Source: an uncultured Spirochaetales bacterium
GTDB lineage: Bacteria > Spirochaetota > Spirochaetia > JAFGXN01
Assembly (NCBI GenBank): GCA_949289575.1
Contig: CASEOG010000004.1
Coordinates: 6,053 to 70,052 of the forward strand
Length of the DNA stretch: 64,000 nt
Direction of reading: 5' to 3'
The position numbers were made by a program, and so were the translations under genes. Below the pieces are notes generated by a model, which worked only from the letters and a program-made list of their open reading frames with translations, searched no databases and was not told the DNA's origin. Of the stretch, positions 29,285 through 38,786 are shown piece by piece; position 1 is the stretch's first letter; each line of letters opens with the position of its first letter.

Positions 29285-31174
29285 ATGAAAGTTTTGTCAT
29301 CACTGTTGTCTTTTTTGTTTCTTTTTTTCGGAGGAGATCACGAACCGGTCTCTGTTGCCGAAAATCGGGTCGATTACCGGCTGAGCGGAATTGTCCGTTT
29401 TGAAAAAAATCATTATTTTCTTTATTCTGATACTTACGGAGTGGCCTATTTCGATTCGAAAATCGGGGAGCCGGAATACAGAAACGAAGGATTGCTGATG
29501 AAAACCGTCTATCCCTTCGAAGAAGGGCGATTCTTTCAGAGAGTCACATCGATGTCGGTACTGGACGGAAATCGGGCAGCGGCTCTTTTCAGTCTCGGTC
29601 TGCGCATTACGGACGACGGAGGACTCTCCTGGCATCCCGTTCCTACGGGATCTTCCAACGGGCTGAAAAGCAGCAACTATTTTTCTTCCGTTGCTCTTTC
29701 TTCTTCCGACCCGGATCATATTTTGCTGGGAACTTCGTTTAACGGTCTTTTCGAGACAAAGGACGGCGGTCAGACGTGGAGATCGCTTAATAAATCCCTG
29801 ACCGGATTCAGCGGTTCGTTTTATATGGGGGCCGATTTTTACGAAGAAATTTCGGCTCTCTGCTTTTCATCCAAACCGGGGACAATTTATATTGCCAAAG
29901 GATACGGAGGCGGATTGTACGAGGCCGACCGTATGACATCTCAGTTTACGAAAATTGCGACACCGTTCAATGAGGAGATTGTTAATTTACGTCTCCAAAC
30001 CGAAGATCCCGCTGTTTTGGAAGTTTATACACGCGAAAATATCCGTTTTTATCATACGGCCGAACGGCGATGGATTGAAAAAATCGACAAACTTCCCCGT
30101 TTCGCCGTCACTCCCGATAAAGTGAAGGAAGAACGCAGGGCAAAGGCGGCCGGACGTACGGGGATTTACATCAATGCGAACTGGGCTTCCGGAAGCCGTT
30201 TGCAGACACATTTAAATACAATTGCTTCCAAAAATCTGAATTCTTTTGTCGTTGATGCCAAAAACGATCAGGGACTTGTGGTTTTCGATTCGCAGTCGGA
30301 TCTGCCGAAAAAGATGGGGGCCTATGTTCCCCGGTATCGTCTCGACGATCTTTTGAAAACCGCGAAGGAACATAATTTATATGTGATTGCCAGAATCGTT
30401 GTTTTTAAAGACCCGAAGCTTTACAGATACGAAAATAACCGCTTTGCAATTTGGGACAGTCGGACAAACAGTCCGTGGGGATTGAAATTCAAAGAGGTGA
30501 ACGAAGAAACGGGTGAAGAAAAGTGGGTTCAGCGTGAATTTTGGGTCGATCCGTATAACGAAGAAGTGTGGGATTACAATATCGCACTGGCTGAGGAACT
30601 TCAGCAACGAGGGGTTGATGAAATTCAGTTTGATTATATCCGGTTTCCGACAGACGGTCCCGTCGAATCCTGTTATTACCGTCATAAAAAATCGGGTATG
30701 CGCAATATCGATGCACTCGAATCTTTTTTGAAGAAGGCCCGCGAAACAATTTCGATTCCGATCAGCACGGATCTGTACGGTTACAACTGCTACTATAAAA
30801 TGGGAAACTGGATGGGCCAGGGGATCGAAATGTTTTCCGAATATGTCGATGTGATTTCTCCGATGTATTATCCGTCTCATTTTCCCCGCTCTTTTGTTTA
30901 TAATGCGGATTATTTAAAATGGAGCCGGATTCTCTATCACGACGGAACGGCACGGGCCCGATCTTCTGTCAGAGAGGACTGTCTGATTCGTCCTTATGTT
31001 CAGGCTTTTCGTCTTCCCCAGGAATTTTGGATGGAAAAATCCGAATATGACCGCTATGTGGTCGAGCAGGTCGATGGCCTGAAAGCGGCGGATGCTTCCG
31101 GCTATACGTTGTGGAACAATTCCAATCAGTATTATATGCTGGATGCACTGCCGGCCGAGCCGAATTTGAAATAA
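29285..31174 (+). CDS. Exported protein: Asp-box beta-propeller-like N-terminus plus putative glycoside hydrolase (DUF4015-like) domain
   Basis: Asp-boxes TDDGGLSW and TKDGGQTW; C-terminal IARIVVFKD, DEIQFDYIRFP, SPMYYPSHF, RPYVQAF. Confidence 0.75.
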   Translation: MKVLSSLLSFLFLFFGGDHEPVSVAENRVDYRLSGIVRFEKNHYFLYSDTYGVAYFDSKIGEPEYRNEGLLMKTVYPFEEGRFFQRVTSMSVLDGNRAAALFSLGLRITDDGGLSWHPVPTGSSNGLKSSNYFSSVALSSSDPDHILLGTSFNGLFETKDGGQTWRSLNKSLTGFSGSFYMGADFYEEISALCFSSKPGTIYIAKGYGGGLYEADRMTSQFTKIATPFNEEIVNLRLQTEDPAVLEVYTRENIRFYHTAERRWIEKIDKLPRFAVTPDKVKEERRAKAAGRTGIYINANWASGSRLQTHLNTIASKNLNSFVVDAKNDQGLVVFDSQSDLPKKMGAYVPRYRLDDLLKTAKEHNLYVIARIVVFKDPKLYRYENNRFAIWDSRTNSPWGLKFKEVNEETGEEKWVQREFWVDPYNEEVWDYNIALAEELQQRGVDEIQFDYIRFPTDGPVESCYYRHKKSGMRNIDALESFLKKARETISIPISTDLYGYNCYYKMGNWMGQGIEMFSEYVDVISPMYYPSHFPRSFVYNADYLKWSRILYHDGTARARSSVREDCLIRPYVQAFRLPQEFWMEKSEYDRYVVEQVDGLKAADASGYTLWNNSNQYYMLDALPAEPNLK

Positions 31175-31179
31175 AAAAT

Positions 31180-31208
31180 TTGCTTCTCTCTGTTTTTCAT
31201 GTTATGAT
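31180..31208 (+). promoter_or_regulatory. sigma70-like promoter of glpK
   Basis: TTGCTT-17-(TG-n)TATGAT followed by a GGAGG SD. Confidence 0.6.
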
Positions 31209-31226
31209 GAACAGAGGAGGCGTTCT

Positions 31227-32747
31227 ATGTCGGCAAAATATATCGGATCGATTGATCAGGGAACAACAAGTACACGGTTTATTCTGTTCGATTATGCGGG
31301 GAAACCCTGTTTTTCGTATCAGAAAGAGCATAAGCAGATTTATCCGAAACCGGGCTGGGTAGAACACAATCCTTTGGAAATCCTTGAAAATACGAAAGAA
31401 TGTATTCGGGAAACTCTCCGACAGGCCTCGGTCGAAAATCCGAGGGAGGAAATTGCGGCGGTCGGAATTACGAATCAGAGGGAAACGATTATAGCCTGGA
31501 ATCGCGAAACAGGAAAACCTTATGCCAACGCTGTTGTCTGGCAGGATTTGCGCGGAGAGGACTTTATCAATGAAATGCTGGCCGGCGGCGGGAAATACCG
31601 TTTTCTCGAAAAAACGGGACTGATGCTTTCTCCCTATTTTTCCGGATCGAAAATGAAATGGCTTTTGGACAATGTTCCCGGTTTGCGCGAAGATGCCGAA
31701 TCGGGAAAAGCTCTTTTCGGAACCATCGACACCTGGGTTTTATGGAATATGACCGGCGGACCCCGCGGCGGTCTGGCCGTGACCGACGTGACCAATGCCT
31801 GCCGTACTTTTTTAATGGATTTGGCAACGCTTTCCTGGGATGACGAACTGCTGACGCTGTTCGGATGTCCGAAAAAAGCTCTCCCCGAAATTGTCTCCTC
31901 TATTCCGGAACTTCCTTACGGTTATTCGTCGGCCGATTCTCCTTTCGGGGAAGGGGTTCCTTTTTCGGGAATTCTGGGAGATCAGCAGGCCGCTCTGTTC
32001 GGTCAGACCTGTTTTAAAGCGGGAATGTCGAAATCGACTTACGGAACCGGCGGTTTTCTTCTGATGAATGTCGGGAAACATATTGTTTATTCCGATTCCG
32101 GTCTTCTGACAACGGTGGCCTACAGAAAAGGAAACGAAAAACCGGTTTATGCGTTGGAAGGTTCGGTGGCCGTTGCCGGCTCGCTGATTCAGTGGGTCAG
32201 GGACAATCTCGGTTTAATTCGCAATTCAAAAGAAATCGACCGCTTGGCGGCCGAAGTCGAAGATAACGGCGGTGTCTATTTTGTGCCGGCCTTTGCCGGT
32301 CTTTTTGCCCCGTACTGGCGCAGCCGTGCACGGGGCGTCATCTGCGGTTTAACCGGATATGCCGACCGCCGGCATCTCGCACGGGCCGTTTTGGAGGCAA
32401 CCGCTTTTCAGACTTTTGATATCTTCCGGGCGATGAGCCGCGATGCCGATATCCGAATCCCCGAATTGAAGGTCGACGGCGGTATGACAAACAGCGAACC
32501 GTTGATGCAGTTTCAGTCCGATTTGCTGAAGATACCGGTTATCCGTCCTGTTGTTACGGAAACAACCGCTCTCGGGGCGGCCTATGCGGCCGGTCTGTCG
32601 GTCGGATTCTGGAATTCGTTTGACGAACTGATTCAAAACTGGCATGTCGATAAAGTGTGGAATCCTCAGATGGATGCCGGCCGTCGTCTGGCTTTACTGG
32701 CCGATTGGAAAAAAGCGCTGGAAAGAAGTTACGGGTGGATTGATTAA
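31227..32747 (+). CDS. glpK: Glycerol kinase
   Basis: IDQGTTSTR, GITNQRET, GDQQAALFGQ, PAFAGLFAPYW, VDGGM. Confidence 0.96.
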   Translation: MSAKYIGSIDQGTTSTRFILFDYAGKPCFSYQKEHKQIYPKPGWVEHNPLEILENTKECIRETLRQASVENPREEIAAVGITNQRETIIAWNRETGKPYANAVVWQDLRGEDFINEMLAGGGKYRFLEKTGLMLSPYFSGSKMKWLLDNVPGLREDAESGKALFGTIDTWVLWNMTGGPRGGLAVTDVTNACRTFLMDLATLSWDDELLTLFGCPKKALPEIVSSIPELPYGYSSADSPFGEGVPFSGILGDQQAALFGQTCFKAGMSKSTYGTGGFLLMNVGKHIVYSDSGLLTTVAYRKGNEKPVYALEGSVAVAGSLIQWVRDNLGLIRNSKEIDRLAAEVEDNGGVYFVPAFAGLFAPYWRSRARGVICGLTGYADRRHLARAVLEATAFQTFDIFRAMSRDADIRIPELKVDGGMTNSEPLMQFQSDLLKIPVIRPVVTETTALGAAYAAGLSVGFWNSFDELIQNWHVDKVWNPQMDAGRRLALLADWKKALERSYGWID

Positions 32748-33370
32748 TCCGTCACGATTTCTTTGACAGGTTCTTCCGGATCGTTCCCGGTTTCGTTCAG
32801 TCTTTCGAGGTTTTGCAGACGGTTTTCGAGAAGGTACCGGCGGTTGCGGTATTTTCTGTAGGGAAACTGAAAGCCGACGCAGGCGCCCGCACCGAGAACC
32901 GTTACAACGGCACCGGCAATGCTCAGGTTGCCGAAGGCGGTCGTGACAGCCGACGGATTCGGGTTGGAGTCGGTCGGAATCGGTGTGTACGGGTATTCGC
33001 TTCCTGTTTCGATAAAGGCATCGAGAATCACCATTAAGAGACCGAGTGCGGTGATGCCGACAGATGTAAACTGGAAAGTTTTGTACATAATGTAGTTTTT
33101 CTTGTTTTCTTCCAGTTTCCGGCGAAGAGATTCGGGAGTCTCTTCGCTTTCTTCGGATATTTCGGGAAAGAAAAATTCATCGGGTTCCGTATCGGGTATT
33201 TCTATCTGAACCGGAGCCGATATATCCGTTTCGGAAAGATCGGTTTCGGTAGAGGTGTTTTCGCTCTCTTTCGGCAATTCCGATACGGCCGGTTTTTCCG
33301 TTTCGCCGGATAAGGAAAATGCGTAAACCGGCAGAATGCAGAAAATAAAAAAAAGCGGAATTTTTTTCAT
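32744..33370 (-). CDS. Hypothetical membrane protein
   Basis: Signal peptide, acidic linker, two hydrophobic helices; clear upstream promoter. Confidence 0.65.
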   Translation of the reverse strand: MKKIPLFFIFCILPVYAFSLSGETEKPAVSELPKESENTSTETDLSETDISAPVQIEIPDTEPDEFFFPEISEESEETPESLRRKLEENKKNYIMYKTFQFTSVGITALGLLMVILDAFIETGSEYPYTPIPTDSNPNPSAVTTAFGNLSIAGAVVTVLGAGACVGFQFPYRKYRNRRYLLENRLQNLERLNETGNDPEEPVKEIVTD

Positions 33371-33376
33371 GTCGGA

Positions 33377-33405
33377 ATTATATCTTATTTTAACAGGTAT
33401 GTAAA
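33377..33405 (-). promoter_or_regulatory. sigma70-like promoter, predicted leaderless
   Basis: TTTACA-17-TATAAT-6 nt-ATG(33370); no SD. Confidence 0.7.
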
Positions 33406-33491
33406 CCGATTCCGGGAAAGGAGAGATAAAAGGCTTTCTTTCGTGAGGGTTCGATTTTTTACCGGAAGTTCCGAAAAAATTTTCAAACAGC

Positions 33492-33520
33492 TTGACAAAG
33501 AGTACGAAATAGTATATTTT
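33492..33520 (+). promoter_or_regulatory. Promoter of the tRNA cluster
   Basis: TTGACA-17-TATTTT with an A/T-rich upstream tract. Confidence 0.65.
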
Positions 33521-33541
33521 TATTCTGTCATTGAGACAAAT

Positions 33542-33613
33542 GCGTTTGTGGTATAACGGCTATTACCTCAGCCTTCCAAGCTGAAGACGTGGGTTCGACT
33601 CCCATCAAACGCT
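33542..33613 (+). tRNA. tRNA-Gly(TCC)
   Basis: Acceptor GCGTTTG/CAAACGC, anticodon arm TCAGC-CTTCCAA-GCTGA, T-loop TTCGACT; CCA not encoded. Confidence 0.95.
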
Positions 33614-33627
33614 GACATGTTGATGTC

Positions 33628-33701
33628 GCCACCTTAGCTCAGCCGGCCAGAGCACGTGACTTGTAATCTCGGGGTCGTCAGTTCGAATCTGACAGGTGGC
33701 T
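33628..33701 (+). tRNA. tRNA-Thr(TGT)
   Basis: Acceptor GCCACCT/AGGTGGC, anticodon loop CTTGTAA, T arm GTCAG-TTCGAAT-CTGAC; CCA not encoded. Confidence 0.95.
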
Positions 33702-33709
33702 GTGAAAAC

Positions 33710-33792
33710 GGGGAGGTTCCCGAGTGGCCAAAGGGGCCAGACTGTAAATCTGTTGGCTTACGCCTTCGAAGGTTCGAATCCTTCTCTCCCCA
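33710..33792 (+). tRNA. tRNA-Tyr(GTA)
   Basis: Acceptor GGGGAGG/TCTCCCC, loop CTGTAAA, long variable arm, GAAGG-TTCGAAT-CCTTC; CCA not encoded. Confidence 0.95.
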
Positions 33793-33796
33793 TAAT

Positions 33797-33823
33797 AATC
33801 CGGATTTTTCCGGATTTTTTTTT
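33797..33823 (+). terminator. Intrinsic terminator after the tRNA cluster
   Basis: AATCCGGA-TTTT-TCCGGATT followed by a T-run. Confidence 0.8.
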
Positions 33824-33839
33824 GCTCCGATTCTTCCTC

Positions 33840-33868
33840 TTGACTTTCCCTTCTTTCTTCTTTAGAAT
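33840..33868 (+). promoter_or_regulatory. sigma70-like promoter, predicted leaderless
   Basis: TTGACT-17-TAGAAT-7 nt-ATG(33876); no SD. Confidence 0.7.
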
Positions 33869-33875
33869 ATTACGA

Positions 33876-34310
33876 ATGTTTTTTGATAACGGACTATCAT
33901 TTGAATGTCAGAAGTGTTCGGCCTGTTGCCGGCACGAACCCGGCGCGGTTTTTCTCAGAAAAGGAGAAGCCGGGAAAATAGCTTCTTTTTTGAATATGGA
34001 TGTTCGTGATTTTTTTCGTGCTTTTTGCCGTATTCTTTGGAGCGGGGACGGGGACCGTGTTTCTCTTCGCGAAAAATCCAACTATGACTGTATTTTTTGG
34101 CAGGACGGGGGATGCCGGATTTACCCGGTTCGACCGGTTCAATGTTCTGCCTATCCGTTCTGGCCGCACATTGTGGAATCATTAACGACATGGAACGAAG
34201 AGGCTCTCCGCTGTCCGGGGATTGGAAAAGGAAGAGTCTTTTCTTCGGACGAGATTACAGACCGGCTCGAAATGATGAAAGGAGATTTCAGTGATGGAAC
34301 TGAATTTTAA
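33876..34310 (+). CDS. YkgJ family cysteine-cluster protein
   Basis: CQKCSACC, CIF, CRIYPVRPVQCSAYPFW, CPGIG. Confidence 0.88.
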   Translation: MFFDNGLSFECQKCSACCRHEPGAVFLRKGEAGKIASFLNMDVRDFFRAFCRILWSGDGDRVSLREKSNYDCIFWQDGGCRIYPVRPVQCSAYPFWPHIVESLTTWNEEALRCPGIGKGRVFSSDEITDRLEMMKGDFSDGTEF

Positions 34311-34485
34311 GGAAACAGTCGGGTTATATATTCTTTTGAAGAACAATGCGGCCGGTCTCTCTGCTTCTTTGAGCCGATTACTCGTTCGCATCGAAAAAAA
34401 ATTAAACGAGGAACTGACCTTGGCCCAGTTGCGGAATATTGAAGATTTCTACCGGTCACTGGATGATTACGAGGGGGGATTATGA
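34294..34485 (+). CDS. Small hypothetical protein
   Basis: 63 aa helical ORF with SD GGAG; overlaps both neighbours in operon fashion. Confidence 0.6.
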   Translation: MELNFKETVGLYILLKNNAAGLSASLSRLLVRIEKKLNEELTLAQLRNIEDFYRSLDDYEGGL

Positions 34486-37400
34486 AACGATTTATTCTGA
34501 TAGGCCTTTTTATTTTTATTTCGGGCTCTGTTTTTTCCCTGAATACGGAACCGGACGGGAAATCCGACCGTTATTCGTCTCTCCTGAACCCGGGTCAAAC
34601 CTTCTCGGGCGCAGGGGTTCTTCGAAACGACTCTCTGACCGATACTTTTGTGAATCCCGCTGTTCAGGCGTTTCAGCAGCGATTTGCTTTTGATATCAAT
34701 TATGCCGGAATTGTCGGGCATACGGATGCGCATCCCCGAAACGGTTATCCCGGACATGCCGTGACACTCGGAGCGGGACTGCCGAGTCCGATCGGTTATT
34801 TCACACTGACCGGCGGTTTTTTTTATTCCGATTTAAGTGATTACGCGCTGGGGTCTCAGGGATTCTTTGATGTGGCGCTCGGAAAGAAGGTTTTCGACGA
34901 TCTTTATCTCGGACTGGGTCTGAAGAGTGTCATCGGCAGTCTTGCCGGAAGTTCGATCGATTATCTTGTGGCCGCCGATCTCGGTGTCGTCCATACACCC
35001 GGGAATGTCGGAAGAGTGACGGATTTCAAATGGGGAATGGCGCTTCAGAATCTCGGGTGGGGAACAATGACGCCGTTTAATCCGAATCAAAACAGCCGCG
35101 GATTACTGGCTCCCGATCTCTTTTCCGTTCAGGCGGGTCTTTCTTTTTCCGTTCTGAAGACAGAGCGGTTTAATCTGGGATTCGAGACGGAAATCCTTTT
35201 GCCTTCTTTTATGAATTTCGAGGCGGGCGCCGGATTCCTGTTCGAATTCGAGCGTCTTTTTGCCTTTTCTGTCTCTTCCCGTGTCAATGCCCTTCAGTTG
35301 CGTGACGGCGATTTTTCAAATCTTCTGCCTTCTTTCGGTTTCGTATGCCGGTATATCCCCAAGGCGCAGGATGCATCCGTACTGGATGATTTGACAGAGG
35401 TTCACGTAAAAGCGGGAACCGGCGCCCTCAAAGGTTTGAATTTGTGGACTTATCAGGCCGGAACTACTGTTTTCCTCGGAGGAGAAGATACTTTTGCTCC
35501 CGAAATTCGATTCGAGATTCAGAGCGAAAGCGGAGAAACCGATGCCTTTTTCTCGGCGACGGATACCGCCTCCGTGGCATCTTCGCAAGCTGTCGGGAAA
35601 TCCGATGCATCCGTTTTCGAAAAACAGGCGCCGGCCAAGGAGCTTCCGATTGCGGTTCGGGGGAAAAAATCCGAAACAGCTTCCTCCGTCAAACAGGACA
35701 TACCCGATAGCGGCGAAGCGGTTGTCCGGCCGGTTCCTTCGGTACAGGCACCTCCTCATTCTGACAATCCGAGACCCGAATATTATGTCTCTCCCAATTT
35801 CGACGGTATTCAGGATTCTCTGAGAATTTCGTTTCGTCTTCAGGATACACGGCTTATCAAATCTTATTCTTTTATTATCGAAGACGAAAGCGGACGGATT
35901 GTCAGAGTTATTCAGAATAAAGAACAGCGCAGCGAAAATAAAGGCAGAGATTTTTTTAAAAACCTGTTCCGCCCTTACAAAGGAATTCATATTCCTTCCG
36001 AAATAGTTTGGGATTGTACCTCCGATTCGGGAGAGATTGTTGCGGACGGGCTCTATTCGTTTTATTTTACGGCCTCCGACGAAAACGACAACATTTCTGT
36101 TTCTCCCCGTACCTATTTTGTCATTGATACCGTCTATCCGCAAGTCGATTTCGTGTATGACGAAGACGACCTTATTTTTTCACCCAATCAGGACGGGAGC
36201 AAAGATTTTCTGACGGTTACGCAAATCTCATCGGAAGAAGTTCTTTGGAAAACGCAAATCGAAAATAATTTTATCGGTATCGTTGATATAAAGAATTATA
36301 AAGGTAAACTTCCCGAACAACTGGTCTGGGGAGGAAAGAATCAAAGCGGTATTCCCGTTCCTGACGGAACATACCGTTATCGTGCGGAAGCGGTTGACAG
36401 GGCAGGAAACCGGACCGAGAAAATTCTGGACGGAATCATTTTAAATACGGAACAGACTCCGATTCAGCTCTTTACCGATGCGACGGCAATCTCTCCGAAA
36501 AGCGAAACGGGAAATCCTTTCCTGACGCTTACTCCCGATTTGGCCGTCAAAGACGATATTGTCGAATGGCAAATTTGTATTATCAACAGCAGCGGAGAAG
36601 CTGTCAAAGAGTTAAAAGGCACGGGTGTCATGGAAGGATTTATTTTCGACGGACTGGATTCCGACGGTCAGCCTTATCCGGACGGTGAGTATACGGCCCG
36701 ATTGAATGTGGTTTACCGTAACGGCAACCGGCCTCAGTCGGTGACGCCCCGGTTTTATATTGATACGGTAGCGCCTTCGGCCGAAGTCTCGATTCCCGAT
36801 CCGATTTTTTCACCCGATCAGGACGGGCAGAAAGATTGTCTGGTTATCAGGCAAAAAGGTTCGGTTGAATCCGAATGGACGGCGGAAATTTCCGATCGTA
36901 ACGGCGATATTGTTTTTACGCAAATATGGTACGGAGAACTCCCCGAATCGTTCCTTTTTGACGGCTATGACAGGAACAGTCGTGTTTTGCCGGATGGGGT
37001 TTATTCCTATCGCCTGACGGCGACCGATGATGCCGGAAACAGCGGCGGCAGTCCTTCCGTCCCGTTTACGGTTGATACCCGGAAAAGTGCCGTTGCGCTG
37101 AAGACCGGATATGCCGCTTTCAGTCCGAACGGTGACGGGATTAAAGATACCGTCGAACTGATTCCCGTCATCGAAAATCAGGGGAATGTGACATCTTACA
37201 GTCTGACAGTCATTGACGGATCCGGTCGGATTGTCCGTGATTTTTCCGACAGTCGGTATATTCTTCCCCGGTACGAATTTGACGGAAAAGACAGAAACGG
37301 AAAACTGCTGCCTGACGGAAATTATCGTTTTAAACTGAACGTTGTTTATGCGAACGGGCAGAATGTGACACAAATTTCGCGTCCGGTCCGGCTGAAAACA

Positions 37401-38777
37401 ACCTTTCCGAAGGCCGAATTGTCGTATGATAATTTGTGGTTTTCCCCGAACGGTGACGGATTAAGAGATACACTGACATGGAAACAGAAATCGACATCGG
37501 AGGATTTGTGGACGGGCATAATCAGAAACAAAAACGGGAAAGAAGTTCGGACATTCAAAACAACGGGAAAACTTTCCGATTTTGTTTGGGACGGAAAAAA
37601 CAATCAGGGAAATCTGTTGCCGGACGGCGTATACTCTTATTCGCTCGAAGCGACGGATGAGGCCGGGAACCGGTTCTTTACCGAAGTCAGGGATATTCGT
37701 CTCGACCGGAGTCCGACACTGGTGTCGGTTTCTGTCTCTTCCCGCGGAATTTCGCCCAACGGCGACGGACGCCTCGATACAATGCTCATTAAACCGACTG
37801 TTTCCAATAAAACAGGTATCCGCAGCTGGAATATTGTTCTGAAACATGAGAACGGTGAGCGGAAAACTTACGCGGGAGAAGGTAATACCGTACCCGAATC
37901 GATAGAATGGGACGGACTGACCGACGCCGGAAAGCTGACGGAAGGAAAGTACAGCCTGACAATGACGGTTGACTATTTTAAAGGCGATCGTCCCGAAGCG
38001 GTTATCGACAATCTGATTGTCGACATAACGCCGCCCGTATTGAAAGTCAGTCTGAGCCCGCTGCCGTTCTCTCCCGATAATGATAATGTTAATGATGAAT
38101 TATCGATCGAGATCGGATTCGAGGAGGCTGGAGATATCGGGAAATGGCAGTTTGCCATCTTTGACCCCAAAAATAATCCCTTTAAAAAATTCGAGGGGCG
38201 GGGTAAAAAGGTCGGCGTCATCCGCTGGGACGGGCGTTCCTTTAAAGGGGATACTGTATTCTCGGCAGAGGATTATCCTTACCGATTTATGGCTGCCGAT
38301 CAATGGGGAAATTACAGCGAAATTTCCGGTGTGATTCCCGTTGATATTTTGGTGGTCAGAGACGGCGACCGGTTGAAAATTCAGATTGCCAATATCAATT
38401 TTGCGCCCAATTCACCCTCTCTTTCAAGCGGTGATCCCGAATTAATGAAGAAGAACCGGTCTGTTCTTAACCGCCTGGCACAAACACTGAAAAAATACAA
38501 AACGTATCAGGTACAGGTGGAAGGTCACGCCAATGCCGTATTATGGTATAATGCGGTACAGGCCGAAAAAGAAGAGAGAGAAAATTTATATCCGCTTTCA
38601 CTGGCGCGCGCAAAAACAATCGTTCAGGAACTTGAAAAATTGGGGGTCGATCCCCAGCGCCTGTCGGCAGTCGGTAAAGGCGGTACGAATCCGGTTATCG
38701 ATCCGAAAAAAGATGCGGAACTGTGGAAACGCGAAAACTGGAAGAACCGTCGTGTCGAATTTATTCTGGAAAAATAG
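34482..38777 (+). CDS. Large envelope protein: putative N-terminal beta-barrel, ~8 FlgD-Ig/SPNGDG repeats, C-terminal OmpA domain
   Basis: Signal peptide; amphipathic beta pattern after NPA; repeats FSPNGDG..D...WDG....PDG.Y; OmpA motifs INFAPN, VEGHAN, LSLARA, NRRVEF. Confidence 0.82.
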   Translation: MKRFILIGLFIFISGSVFSLNTEPDGKSDRYSSLLNPGQTFSGAGVLRNDSLTDTFVNPAVQAFQQRFAFDINYAGIVGHTDAHPRNGYPGHAVTLGAGLPSPIGYFTLTGGFFYSDLSDYALGSQGFFDVALGKKVFDDLYLGLGLKSVIGSLAGSSIDYLVAADLGVVHTPGNVGRVTDFKWGMALQNLGWGTMTPFNPNQNSRGLLAPDLFSVQAGLSFSVLKTERFNLGFETEILLPSFMNFEAGAGFLFEFERLFAFSVSSRVNALQLRDGDFSNLLPSFGFVCRYIPKAQDASVLDDLTEVHVKAGTGALKGLNLWTYQAGTTVFLGGEDTFAPEIRFEIQSESGETDAFFSATDTASVASSQAVGKSDASVFEKQAPAKELPIAVRGKKSETASSVKQDIPDSGEAVVRPVPSVQAPPHSDNPRPEYYVSPNFDGIQDSLRISFRLQDTRLIKSYSFIIEDESGRIVRVIQNKEQRSENKGRDFFKNLFRPYKGIHIPSEIVWDCTSDSGEIVADGLYSFYFTASDENDNISVSPRTYFVIDTVYPQVDFVYDEDDLIFSPNQDGSKDFLTVTQISSEEVLWKTQIENNFIGIVDIKNYKGKLPEQLVWGGKNQSGIPVPDGTYRYRAEAVDRAGNRTEKILDGIILNTEQTPIQLFTDATAISPKSETGNPFLTLTPDLAVKDDIVEWQICIINSSGEAVKELKGTGVMEGFIFDGLDSDGQPYPDGEYTARLNVVYRNGNRPQSVTPRFYIDTVAPSAEVSIPDPIFSPDQDGQKDCLVIRQKGSVESEWTAEISDRNGDIVFTQIWYGELPESFLFDGYDRNSRVLPDGVYSYRLTATDDAGNSGGSPSVPFTVDTRKSAVALKTGYAAFSPNGDGIKDTVELIPVIENQGNVTSYSLTVIDGSGRIVRDFSDSRYILPRYEFDGKDRNGKLLPDGNYRFKLNVVYANGQNVTQISRPVRLKTTFPKAELSYDNLWFSPNGDGLRDTLTWKQKSTSEDLWTGIIRNKNGKEVRTFKTTGKLSDFVWDGKNNQGNLLPDGVYSYSLEATDEAGNRFFTEVRDIRLDRSPTLVSVSVSSRGISPNGDGRLDTMLIKPTVSNKTGIRSWNIVLKHENGERKTYAGEGNTVPESIEWDGLTDAGKLTEGKYSLTMTVDYFKGDRPEAVIDNLIVDITPPVLKVSLSPLPFSPDNDNVNDELSIEIGFEEAGDIGKWQFAIFDPKNNPFKKFEGRGKKVGVIRWDGRSFKGDTVFSAEDYPYRFMAADQWGNYSEISGVIPVDILVVRDGDRLKIQIANINFAPNSPSLSSGDPELMKKNRSVLNRLAQTLKKYKTYQVQVEGHANAVLWYNAVQAEKEERENLYPLSLARAKTIVQELEKLGVDPQRLSAVGKGGTNPVIDPKKDAELWKRENWKNRRVEFILEK

Positions 38778-38786
38778 GAGTTCTTT

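Noticed and set aside
33440..33465. GAGGGTTCGATT resembling a tRNA T-loop (tRNA remnant or att site)
   Set aside because: Flanks do not form a T-stem or acceptor stem, and there is no integrase or duplicated tRNA 3' end nearby.
33656..33875. ORF-track ORF 33656-33865 and the N-terminal extension of ykgJ from 33696
   Set aside because: They overlap tRNA-Thr/Tyr and a terminator; the real start is most likely ATG 33876.
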